This document shows positions 53,038 to 64,000 of a DNA stretch of 64,000 nt, piece by piece (within the stretch, counting starts at the first letter, position 1; each line of letters starts with the position of its first letter). This stretch comes from Nemertoderma westbladi. Its lineage: Eukaryota > Animalia > Xenacoelomorpha. Both the position numbers and the translations under genes were made by a program. The stretch is from positions 86,407 to 150,406 of the forward strand of contig JAUCBJ010008109.1 of the NCBI GenBank assembly GCA_032718475.1, given 5' to 3'. The notes beneath the pieces were generated by a model. The model was given only the letters and a program-made list of their open reading frames with translations, had not been told where the DNA came from and made no database searches.

Positions 53038-53874
53038 GTAAGTTGTGTCGATCCATAATGAAAGCAATCCCTCCTGTTTATAGTCACAGAGATAAGGTAA
53101 GTTGTGTCGATCCATAATGAAAGCAATCCCTCCTGTTTATAGTCACAGAGATAAGGTAAGTTGTGTCGATCCATAATGAAAGCAATCCCTCCTGTTTATA
53201 GTCACAGAGATACGGTAAGTTGTCGATCCATAATGAAAGCAACCATAATGAAAGCAATCCCTCCTGTTTATAGTCACAGAGATAAGGTAAGTTGTGTCGA
53301 TCCATAATGAAAGCAATCCCTCCTGTTTATAGTCACAGAGATAAGGTAAGTTGTGTCGATCCATAATGAAAGCAATCCCTCCTGTTTATAGTCACAGAGA
53401 TAAGGTAAGTTGTGTCGATCCATAATGAAAGCAATCCCTCCTGTTTATAGTCACAGAGATACGGTAAGTTGTCGATCCATAATGAAAGCAATCCCTCCTG
53501 TTTATAGTCACAGAGATAAGGTAAGTTGTGTCGATCCATAATGAAAGCAATCCCTCCTGTTTATAGTCACAGAGATAAGGTAAGTTGTCGATCCATAATT
53601 AAAGCAATCCCTCCTGTTTATAGTCACAGAGATAAGGTAAGTTGTGTCGATCCATAATGAAAGCAATCCCTCCTGTTTATAGTCACAGAGATAAGGTAAG
53701 TTGTGTCGATCCATAATGAAAGCAATCCCTCCTGTTTATAGTCACAGAGATAAGGTAAGTTGTGTCGATCCATAATGAAAGCAATCCCTCCTGTTTATAG
53801 TCACAGAGATAAGGTAAGTTGTGTCGATCCATAATGAAAGCAATCCCTCCTGTTTATAGCCACGGAGATAAGGT
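52978..53874 (+). repeat. 59-bp tandem repeat (about 15 copies) made from the 3' end of CKAP5 exon 4 plus its donor
   Basis: Unit GTAAGTTGTGTCGATCCATAATGAAAGCAATCCCTCCTGTTTATAGTCACAGAGATAAG; the first copy is coding sequence. Confidence 0.98.
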
Positions 53875-54331
53875 TTGTAAATGCTTATTTACAGACTGGA
53901 TACCATACGATACAAACTCTAATGATTCGAGTTTTAATAATATTAATTATGAAATTGGGTAATACGAAATTTTCTTATCGTATTTAATTAACCGTTTAAA
54001 ATAACCTAACTCATTATTTGAGTAATTAGCAAAATTATTTTGAGTTAGCTCTTTTTAAATGGTTCTGTTTAGAAGGCGCTTAGCTATGTTATTGGAATTC
54101 CTATTCAAAATGATAAAAAAATGAATGACAAATTGTATCACCTATCTGGTGGTATAAGTAACTAATTTTTTTCAACAACTCGAGTTTGCGCCCTCTTTTT
54201 AATACCATGCGACGATATACTAACAGTTCTAGGGGCGCAATATCCAATTCCCCACTGGGTAGTCAGATAAAGGGCCACTTTACACAATCAGAATAAGGTA
54301 AACATTAATTATAGTTGTTTATTTTGTACAG

Positions 54332-54563
54332 GTTGTTCGGGAAGAAGCGAAGTCGTTGACGTTGGAGATCTACCGACACATCGGGGCGGCTATAATGCCG
54401 GCCTTAACGGCAGCCCTGAACGCAGTGCAACTGAAAGAGTTCGAGGAAGATTTGGGAGTCATTAAGGTCGCACCTCCTAAACCCACCCGGTGGTTGAAGA
54501 GTAAACGACCGGCTGAGGTGGATGAGGAGGATGGAGTGGTAGATGGTAGTGGAGATGGTACAG
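54332..54563 (+). CDS. CKAP5: CKAP5 coding exon 5 (end of TOG1 and linker)
   Basis: CAG acceptor; VVREEAKSLTLEIYRHIG...PKPTRWLKS...DGSGDGT; CAG|GTGAGG donor in phase 1. The 3' boundary is ambiguous because the donor is repeated. Confidence 0.9.
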
Positions 54564-55462
54564 GTGAGGGAGGGGTGGAGATGGTACAGGTGAGGGGGGG
54601 TGTGGAGGGTGGAGATGGTACAGGTGAGGGAGGGTGGGGTGGAGATGGTACAGGTGAGGGAGGGGTGGAGGTGGTACAGGTGAGGGAGGGGTGGTGGGTG
54701 GAGATGGTACAGGTGAGGGAGGGGTGGAGGTGGTACAGGTGAGGGGGGGTGTGGTGGAGATGGTACAGGTGAGGGAGGGGTGGAGGTGGTACAGGTGAGG
54801 GGAGGTGTGGTGGAGATGGTACAGGTGACGGAGGGGTGGAGATGGTACAGGTGAAGGGGGGGGTGGAGATGGTACAGGTGAGGGGGGGTGTGGTGGAGAT
54901 GGTACAGGTGAGGGAGGGGTGGAGGTGGTACAGGTGAGGGAGGGGTGGAGGGTGGAGATGGTACAGGTGAGGGAGGGGTGGAGATGGTACAGGTGAGGGG
55001 GGGTGGAGATGGTACAGGTGAGGGGGGGGGGTGGATATGGTACAGGTGAGGGAGGGGTGGTGGGTGGAGATGGTACAGGTGAGGGAGGGTGTGGTGGAGG
55101 TGGTACAGGTGAGGAGGGGGGGGGGGGGTGTGGTGGAGATGGTACAGGTGAGGGAGGGGTGGAGGTGGTACAGGTGAGGGGGGGGGGTGTGGTGGAGATG
55201 GTACAGGTGAGGGAGGGGTGGAGGTGGTACAGGAGAGGGAGGTTGTGGTGGAGATGGTACAGGTGAGGGAGGGGTGGGGGGGGGGGGGGGGTGGAGATGG
55301 TACAGGTGAGGGAGGGGTGGGGGGGGGGGGGTGGGGTGTAGATGGTACAGGTGAGGGAGGGGTGGAGGGTGGAGATGGTACAGGTGAGGGGGGTGGAGAT
55401 GGTACAGGTGAGAGAGGAGGGGTTGGGGTGGAAATGGTGCAGGTCAGGGAGGGGTGGGGTGG
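54549..55462 (+). repeat. G-rich 26-39 bp minisatellite containing GGAGATGGTACAG|GTGAGG (about 30 copies)
   Basis: The unit spans the exon 5 / intron junction. Confidence 0.96.
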
Positions 55463-55470
55463 TCAGTAAG

Positions 55471-55866
55471 GAGATCAGTTAGGTACTTGGCAGGATTTCC
55501 TCGACTTCTGGAGCCAGTAGGTGGAGTTATCATCACCCCATCACCATTATAATGATCTAAGGACATGCGTAGAACATAGTCAACAACAATTATGAACAAG
55601 AATGGTGCAAGTGTGTCTCCTTGGAGGACGCCCCATAACACTTCAAATGGTTCTGTGTCACCGTCAACAGTAGACACAAATGTTGTCGAACCATCGTATA
55701 CTGATCTGATTGCTGCAATAATTTCATTAGGAATCCCATATAATGAAAGTATGCTGAACATACGTGAGCGAGAGACTGAATCAAAGGCCTTGAAGAAGTC
55801 AACAAAGATAACAGCCAGTTGTCTGTCTTTCTTTTTTGATAACTCTTCAATTATCCTTCTATAAGT
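55471..55866 (-). mobile_element. RTE LINE reverse transcriptase fragment
   Basis: FVDFFKAFDSV, GVLQGDTLAPFLF. Confidence 0.9.
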
Positions 55867-55911
55867 GCCAAAAACACAAACACACACTAAAACTTGTTAA
55901 CATTTTGTACT

Positions 55912-57280
55912 TAATATTAACAGACCCTAACAACAACTGAATATTAATAGACCCTAACAACAACTGAATATTAATAGACCCTAACAACAACTGAATATTA
56001 ATAGACCCTAACAACAACTGAATATTAATAGACCCTAACAACAACTGAATATTAATAGACCCTAACAACAACTGAATATTAATAGACCCTAACAACAACT
56101 GAATATTAATAGACCCTAACAACACTACTAGGATCGGCATGCTGCATTGCAGCTGCATTTTTAAGAATGCTGTGCCGGCTTGTCAACAAAATTGCACCGC
56201 CACAACTCCCTATCACCCATGACATTTGCTAGATCATCCGCATCTTTAAGGCCAGTGTCCTTTAAGATGCGTCTCAAGAAAGTCATGGGCTGTCCACCAT
56301 GCTTATTCACTCCATGAGGCTGCCAAAGTACAAGATTATGCACTGGCTGGTCCTCACGGCGAAAGCAATGTCCTGCAAAGCGGAGGCGATTTTGTTCTAG
56401 TGTCAAGCTTGGGGGAACCAATGAGACACCTCCAATGTTATATAGTGTCTGGTTGGAGATGTGTGCATTGTACTTGACACAATGAACCCGGCGTAGCATT
56501 CTTGTGAATGTGCCATCCAGAGATTTGGTGTCCTCAGCAGTTAGAGCCCAGCATGGACTCCCGTAGAGGAGTACTGGAACTACTGCTGCTCTAAATAATC
56601 GGACCTTAAGTTTCCGATTAATTCTCGGTGACTTCCAAATCCTGGAAAGCCTTTTCAAGGCTGCCCATGCCTTTCCCTTACGTATTCGAAGGTCCTCACC
56701 TGACTTCCGGGTCCATGATCCCAGGTAACAGAAGTCGTCCACATGCTCAAGCATACCATCCTTTGAGCTTATGCTCATCCGATCAGAGACTTGCTGAGGA
56801 CTTTCAAAGTTAACTGTCAGAATTTTGGTCTTTCTGGAGTTAATAAAAAGACCAGTTGTTCTAATGAGCTGAGGAGCCGTTGGGCTCCCTCTAATGATTC
56901 TGAGAGTACTCCTAAGTCATCAGCAAAGTCTAGATCAGTTAGGTACTTGGCAGGATTTCCTCGACTTCTGGAGCCAGTAGGTGGAGTTATCATCACCCTA
57001 TCATCATTATGATGATCTAAGGACGTGCGTAGAACATAGTCAACCACAATTATGAACAAGAATGGTGCAAGTGTGTCTCCTTGGAGGACGCCCCATAACA
57101 CTTCAAATGGTTCTGTGTCACCGTCAACAGTAGACACAACAACTGAATGTTAATAGACCCTAACAACAACTGAATATTAATAGACCCTAACAACAACTGA
57201 ATATTAATAGACCCTAACAACAACTGAATATTAATAGACCCTAACAACAACTGAATAGTAATAGACCCTAACAACAACTG
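55912..57280. repeat. 27-bp tandem repeat split in two (about 55912-56123 and 57138-57280) by an RTE insertion
   Basis: Unit GAATATTAATAGACCCTAACAACAACT on both sides of the LINE. Confidence 0.93.
56124..57137 (-). mobile_element. 5'-truncated RTE LINE (same family as 18168-19450)
   Basis: GVLQGDTLAP, DLDFADD, FCYLGS, LLYGS, RLRFAGHCFR; (TAG)n tail. Confidence 0.92.
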
Positions 57281-57339
57281 CTATGATGATGATTTTTGGG
57301 TAATTTGCATCTGATTTTCATTGATGTATTTTGTTAATC

Positions 57340-57530
57340 TGAGCAGAAATAGAAGTCGTATAGTCCATTAGTCGGCCAACAGGGGAGAGTAAACGTGGCG
57401 GCCAGACATTGCCACTCCTGAGGCTGCTGCTGAGAGACACTGACCTTATTGGTATGGCAGAGGAATTGCTGATCTCGAACTGAGTAGCTGTTGGGTTGCG
57501 TGGTCGGTCGGTAATGCAACCTATTCGTGT
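57340..57530 (+). mobile_element. Old diverged RTE 3' fragment
   Basis: KRGGQTLPLLRLLLRDTDL resembles KHGGQPMTFLRRILKDTGL of the neighbouring RTE. Confidence 0.5.
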
Positions 57531-57597
57531 GTGCCGATGTAGTTAGTTATACAAGTGGTATTGTAGCTGGGGTTTAAGTTCTGATGTTTAGTGTTAA

Positions 57598-57879
<282 letters not shown>

Positions 57880-58037
57880 TAATCAATCATGTCGATCTTT
57901 AAATGAGAAAATAATACCAATCTTATTATATTGTCTAAACAATTACATTGTATTGAAATGAAGATGTATGATATACTATATGACGACATACGATGACATG
58001 AGATATGATATACAATGAGAATGTTTGAATGAGACGA

Positions 58038-60442
58038 TTAAGGGGGCCCAGATCTGGAGTAACTACTGTAATACTGTATGGGGGGGCTTTAAGGGGGCCC
58101 AGATCTGGAGTAACTACTGTAATACTGTATGGGGGGGGGCTTTAAGGGGGCCAAGATCTGGAGTAACTACTGTAATACTGTATGGGGGGGCTTTAAGGGG
58201 GCCCAGATCTGGAGTAACTACTGTAATACTGACTGTATGGGGGGCTTTAAGGGGCCCAGATCTGGAGTAACTACTGTAATACTGTATGGGGGGGCTTTAA
58301 GGGGCCCAGATCTGGAGTAACTACTGTAATACTGACTGTATGGGGGGCTTTAAGGGGGCCCAGATCTGGAGTAACTACTGTAATACTGACTGTATGGGGG
58401 GCTTTAAGGGGCCCAGATCTGGAGTAACTACTGTAATACTGACTGTATGGGGGGCTTTAAGGGGCCCAGATCTGGAGTAACTACTGTAATACTGACTGTA
58501 TGGGGGGCTTTAAGGGGCCCAGATCTGGAGTAACTACTGTAATACTGTATGGGGGGCTTTAAGGGGGCCCAGATCTGGAGTAACTACTGTAATACTGTAT
58601 GGGGGGCTTTAAGGGGCCCAGATCTGGAGTAACTACTGTAATACTGACTGTATGGGGGGCTTTAAGGGGCCCAGATCTGGAGTAACTACTGTAATACTGT
58701 ATGGGGGGCTTTAAGGGGCCCAGATCTGGAGTAACTACTGTAATACTGTATGGGGGGCTTTAAGGGGCCCAGATCTGGAGTAACTACTGTAATACTGTAT
58801 GGGGGGCTTTAAGGGGCCCAGATCTGGAGTAACTACTGTAATACTGTATGGGGGGCTTTAGGGGGCCCAGATCTGGAGTAACTACTGTAATACTGACTGT
58901 ATGGGGGGCTTTAAAGGGGCCCAGATCTGGAGTAACTACTGTAATACTGTATGGGGGGCTTTAAGGGGGCCCAGATCTGGAGTAACTACTGTAATACTGT
59001 ATGGGGGGCTTTAAGGGGGCCCAGATCTGGAGTAACTACTGTAATACTGTATGGGGGGCTTTAAGGGGGCCCAGATCTGGAGTAACTACTGTAATACTGT
59101 ATGGGGGGCTTTAAGGGGGCCCAGATCTGGAGTAACTACTGTAATACTGTATGGGGGGCTTTAAGGGGGCCCAGATCTGGAGTAACTACTGTAATACTGT
59201 ATGGGGGGCTTTAAGGGGGCCCAGATCTGGAGTAACTACTGTAATACTGTATGGGGGGCTTTAAGGGGGCCCAGATCTGGAGTAACTACTGTAATACTGT
59301 ATGGGGGGCTTTAAGGGGCCCAGATCTGGAGTAACTACTGTAATACTGTATGGGGGGCTTTAAGGGGGCCCAGATCTGGAGTATCTACTGTAATACTGTA
59401 TGGGGGGCTTTAAGGGGGCCCAGATCTGGAGTAACTACTGTAATACTGTATGGGGGGCTTTAAGGGGGCCCAGATCTGGAGTAACTACTGTAATACTGTA
59501 TGGGGGGCTTTAAGGGGGCCCAGATCTGGAGTAACTACTGTAATACTGTATGGGGGGGCTTTAAGGGGCCCAGATCTGGAGTAACTACTGTAATACTGTA
59601 TGGGGGGGCTTTAAGGGGCCCAGATCTGGAGTAACTACTGTAATACTGTATGGGGGGCTTTAAGGGGGCCCAGATCTGGAGTAACTACTGTAATACTGTA
59701 TGGGGGGGCTTTAAGGGGGCCCAGATCTGGAGTAACTACTGTAATACTGTATGGGGGGGCTTTAAGGGGGCCCAGATCTGGAGTAACTACTGTAATACTG
59801 TATGGGGGGGCTTTAAGGGGCCCAGATCTGGAGTAACTACTGTAATACTGTATGGGGGGGCTTTAAGGGGGCCCAGATCTGGAGTAACTACTGTAATACT
59901 GACTGTATGGGGGGCTTTAAGGGGCCCAGATCTGGAGTAACTACTGTAATACTGTATGGGGGGCTTTAAGGGGGCCCAGATCTGGAGTAACTACTGTAAT
60001 ACTGTATGGGGGGCTTTAAGGGGGCCCAGATCTGGAGTAACTACTGTAATACTGTATGGGGGGGCTTTAAGGGGCCCAGATCTGGAGTAACTACTGTAAT
60101 ACTGTATGGGGGGGCTTTAAGGGGCCCAGATCTGGAGTAACTACTGTAATACTGACTGTATGGGGGGCTTTAAGGGGCCCAGATCTGGAGTAACTACTGT
60201 AATACTGACTGTATGGGGGGCTTTAAGGGGCCCAGATCTGGAGTAACTACTGTAATACTGTATGGGGGGGCTTTAAGGGGGCCCAGATCTGGAGTAACTA
60301 CTGTAATACTGTATGGGGGGGCTTTAAGGGGCCCAGATCTGGAGTAATACTGTATGGGGGGGCTTTAAGGGGGCCCAGATCTGGAGTAACTACTGTAATA
60401 CTGACTGTATGGGGGGCTTTAAGGGGCCCAGATCTGGAGTAA
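58038..60442. repeat. ~50-bp tandem repeat (about 47 copies; length variants in G-runs and +ACTG)
   Basis: Unit TTAAGGGGGCCCAGATCTGGAGTAACTACTGTAATACTGTATGGGGGGCT. Confidence 0.98.
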
Positions 60443-61685
60443 GCCGTGGGTCATCAATAGAAGATGGTGGTATAACTTAAAGAGATCTATGTCCTCTCAG
60501 ACATATGCCTGCTGATCTCACCAGACTAAATGAGATCCTGCATCGCAGCCAGTGCGATACAGCTGCATAAGTGGAGCCATGAAACGGCTGCACTCCGGCC
60601 CTGCTGCACCGCCAGTCGAAAACACTAAACGGGGTAAAGGAGGCACTATCGACATATATTCAAATAAATATTCATGATATAAACAAGATTTATTCAATAT
60701 ATTAACTTTTTACGGTAAAAATTAATTCATTGGCACAAAACTAATAAATATATGACCAGAACCAACAACAACTCTATTTGTAAAAGCGATATTGTTTGTA
60801 GCTGTTATCTAAGGTATTTATTGTTACTTTGGGATGGTACCACAACCAAATAGATAGAAGTTGGGAAATTTCTTGAGCAGATATATCGGTAGTAAAAAAG
60901 TACCATACCGCAGATAAATTACCCTAACCTAAAGTCAGTTGAGTTATTGTATGGGAGTATGGCGGGACTTCGGGTTGAAATAAAATAAAACAATATTATT
61001 ATATTGTTATGCAGCACAACAAAAATCGATAAAATAAAACCCAAAGTAACCATTCCATTGGTCTCCCTGAGGTATATAGAAGATACAATGCGCCAATGAG
61101 TCTATTTTGATTGCCTCGAGACCCCAACATTTCAAGAGTCATATATTTTGTACAAAATGAAAGAGGTACCGGTTGGCGCGTGTAAAAAACAATTGTTATA
61201 CTTATAGACACAGTTCGTGGGGGTGAGTAAATGATCTGGCAACGACTAACCTAATCTTCATGTATTACATACCGGGTCATACATCAAATATGAAAATAAA
61301 TACTCCAAATATGTTACGTAAAAATATCAGCATTTTGTTGAAAATACCTCAGACTGTCAGATATGGGCTTCCCATCCCATCTCCACGCTCATCTCTCAGC
61401 TTTTCAATAAAATTGCGACGTTTTTACAGATTTTGAATCCATATTCGACAACTAATAGCTGTAGGTCCACCTTTATATGAACAACTGCGTAGTAACTTGT
61501 GCAATATAGATAAGTACGGTAAAGGATACAAAGACAGAATCATTCCAGCACATAAAGTGTAATGGTTGCAGAGTCTTATATTTATGGAATCGAGACGTAC
61601 GGTAGTTCCGGTCCGGTAGTCCTACCTGACCAATAGTTCCGGACCGCTACCGGCCTACCCTAACGGACCATATCGTCGACGGAAC

Positions 61686-61746
61686 CGTCGGACTTCGTCC
61701 CATTGGGACCCGGTTGGTTTACCCAATGGGAGTCATTGAACCAACG
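61686..61746 (-). promoter_or_regulatory. SECIS element in the SELENOS 3' UTR
   Basis: CGTTGG-ttca-ATGAC-TCCCATTGGG-tAAAccaaccgggt-CCCAATGGGA-CGAA-gt-CCGACG: helix I, AUGA/GA quartet, perfect 10-bp helix II, apical AAA. Confidence 0.92.
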
Positions 61747-61836
61747 TGAGTTGGTCCGACAGGCCGCAGACTAACTGCCCTCCCCCAGCCCAGCCCCACC
61801 CTGCAGGTGCGACAGAGCGGGGCGACGGGAGGACCA

Positions 61837-62424
61837 CTAGTTTCACCCGCCGCCTCCACCGCCCCCACTGCGCCGTCCTGGCCGATACGAACAGGAACCC
61901 CCATCGCCCCCTAGCGGACTGTAGTCGTCCGGACGGAGTTTCGCTTTGCTCTTCCCCATCACCTTCCCCTCCACTCCTCCTCCCTTCCCCTCCACTCCTC
62001 CCTCTGACTCCTCCACCCTCCCTTTAGACCGATACCCCAGTCCCTTCTGATGCCGATCCCAATCCTCGATATTGGCCTTCCGTTTCTCCTCCTCTTTGAT
62101 TCGCTGTTGCTCCGCAACCACTGCGGCCTTGGCGTTCAACTCCTCCTGCAGTCGCCTCCGGTGAGCTTCCATTGCCTCCTGCCTCTGTATCGCTTTCTCC
62201 CCGTCGTACTGCAGCCCTTCCTGTGATTGTCTCACCGGTCGCGACTCCCACTTACTCCGGAGGTACATCGCTACCAGCACCCCGAGTAAAAGGAACCAGC
62301 CGTAGGATTGCACGACCCCCCATCCCATCTCCACGTAGGACGCGAGAATCCCGGACTGCTGGTTACTCATCACTACGTTGGGGTCGAAGTCGTTTACATC
62401 CTCTACACGATCTTCGTCGTCCAT
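61837..62424 (-). CDS. SELENOS: Selenoprotein S (VIMP), intronless CDS; TGA at 61843-61845 read as Sec, true stop TAG at 61837-61839
   Basis: Single TM segment (YGWFLLLG..), coiled coil (RQEAMEAHRRRLQEELNAKA..EEEKRK..IEDWD), KLRPDDYSPLGGDGG..YRPGRR..GG-U-N-stop; SECIS about 90 nt downstream. Confidence 0.95.
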
Positions 62425-63431
62425 TTTACTGTTTTATCAATAAGCCTAACTCTGAACTCTGTAACTCCTGAACTCCTGAACTCGTAGGCCTATTTAAATT
62501 ACCTCAATTGAATAGGCCTTCTTCTGTTCTTATTATTACAGTATTATTAGGCCCAAGCCATACACCAACACCAACACTGCAACACCAATTGTCTGATTTA
62601 TTGTCAAATTCAACAGTTCACAGGTTCAAGGTGTATTTCTTTGTTTTAGATAGGCCTATACCGTTAATACTGTAATACAGTAATACAAGCCTGCAAGCGG
62701 TACCGGTAATGTAAAATAATATGCAATACCGATACTGCAATAATAATAAAGACTTGGGATGGTTGTATTGTAATGTAACAATTGAAACACTAATTAATAA
62801 ACCGTTACACTAATTACTAATAAAATAATTACTAATTAGGCCTACTGAATTAACGCTGTACCGGTAAGTAACGTTAGGTTGTAGGCAGTCATGCTGTGTC
62901 TACCGGTATATGCTGTTCCGCCACGGTATTAGTACAGTAGTAGTAGTATACTGCCAAGAAGGCCTTCTAGAAGAAGGCCTTGTAGGCTATACCATACTGA
63001 ATACTGATGCTACCAGTAAAATGTGCTTGTCTACCAGTGCCCACAACAGTAGGGAATTAACTGTTTTTAAGTAGAAAACTATCTGTTAAATCATGAGCCA
63101 AATCATCAGTTATTCTGCCCTTGACTCGTTTGCATTTTAACACTCGCTTCGCTCTTGCTAAAAACCTGCCAACTCGTGTAAAACTCAACAACTCGGACAG
63201 AATAGTTGAATTTCGCTAAATTGAAAATGAGTGAAACAAAGGTGTTTTCCGCTTACATATTTTTTTCGAATAATAGTCCTTTTTTAATCTGTGATACCCC
63301 ACCCCATAAATATCTAAAGAAAACAATTAATATTATTAAATGTTTTCTAGTTATTTTTTTATTTTATTCCTATCAATTTAACTTCCACCCACAGTGTGTA
63401 GCGTCTTGTGCTGAGTGAAATTGGCCGGATT

Positions 63432-64000
63432 GACTTACTTTTTGACTTACTTTTTGACTTACCTTTTGACTTACTTTTTGACTTACTTTTTGACTTACTT
63501 TTTGACTTACTTTTTTGACTAACTTTTTGACTTACTTTTTGACTTACTTTTTGACTTACTTTTTGACTTACTTTTTGACTTACTTTTTGACTTACTTTTT
63601 GACTTACTTTTTGACTTACTTTTTGACTTACTTTTTGACTTACTTTTTGACTTACTTTTTGACTTACTTTTTGACTTACTTTTTGACTTACTTTTTGACT
63701 TACTTTTTGACTTACTTTTTGACTTACTTTTTGACTTACTTTTTGACTTACTTTTTGACTTACTTTTTGACTTACTTTTTGACTTACTTTTTGACTTACT
63801 TTTTGAATTACTTTTTGACTTACTTTTTGACTTACTTTTTGACTTACTTTTTGACTTACTTTTTGACTTACTTTTTGACTTACTTTTTGACTTACTTTTT
63901 GACTTACTTTTTGACTTACTTTTTGACTTACTTTTTGACTTACTTTTTGACTTACTTTTTGACTTACTTTTTGACTTACTTTTTGACTTACTTTTTGACT
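63432..64000. repeat. 12-bp tandem repeat GACTTACTTTTT (truncated by window end)
   Basis: Near-perfect array of about 47 visible copies. Confidence 0.99.

Noticed and set aside
58038-60442. 50-bp array as another donor-derived repeat
   Set aside because: Starts about 200 nt after the exon 6 donor and shares no sequence with the exon or the junction.
63432-64000. Telomeric repeat
   Set aside because: Unit is not a TTAGG/TTAGGG-type G-rich repeat; it only reaches the window edge.

Overview
Animal (invertebrate-type), AT-rich, intron-containing DNA; no prokaryotic features. Three host genes can be reconstructed. (1) A minus-strand secreted properdin-like gene: signal peptide, TB/TSR0-like domain and at least four TSP1 exons, six phase-consistent exons from 25598 down to 15461. 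(2) The first six coding exons of CKAP5/XMAP215 on the plus strand (46615-57840). (3) An intronless selenoprotein S CDS with an in-frame TGA and a clear SECIS element, probably nested antisense in a CKAP5 intron. The rest is tandem arrays and mobile DNA: RTE LINEs, Penelope-type hammerhead fragments, a BEL/Pao pol relic followed by intact unknown ORFs, a Crypton-like tyrosine recombinase, a hAT-type MITE and a 4 x 3 kb macrosatellite. The most striking pattern is that three tandem arrays, including the >15 kb satellite opening the window, are amplified copies of an exon end plus its 5' splice donor. Copy numbers are estimates from length divided by unit size.
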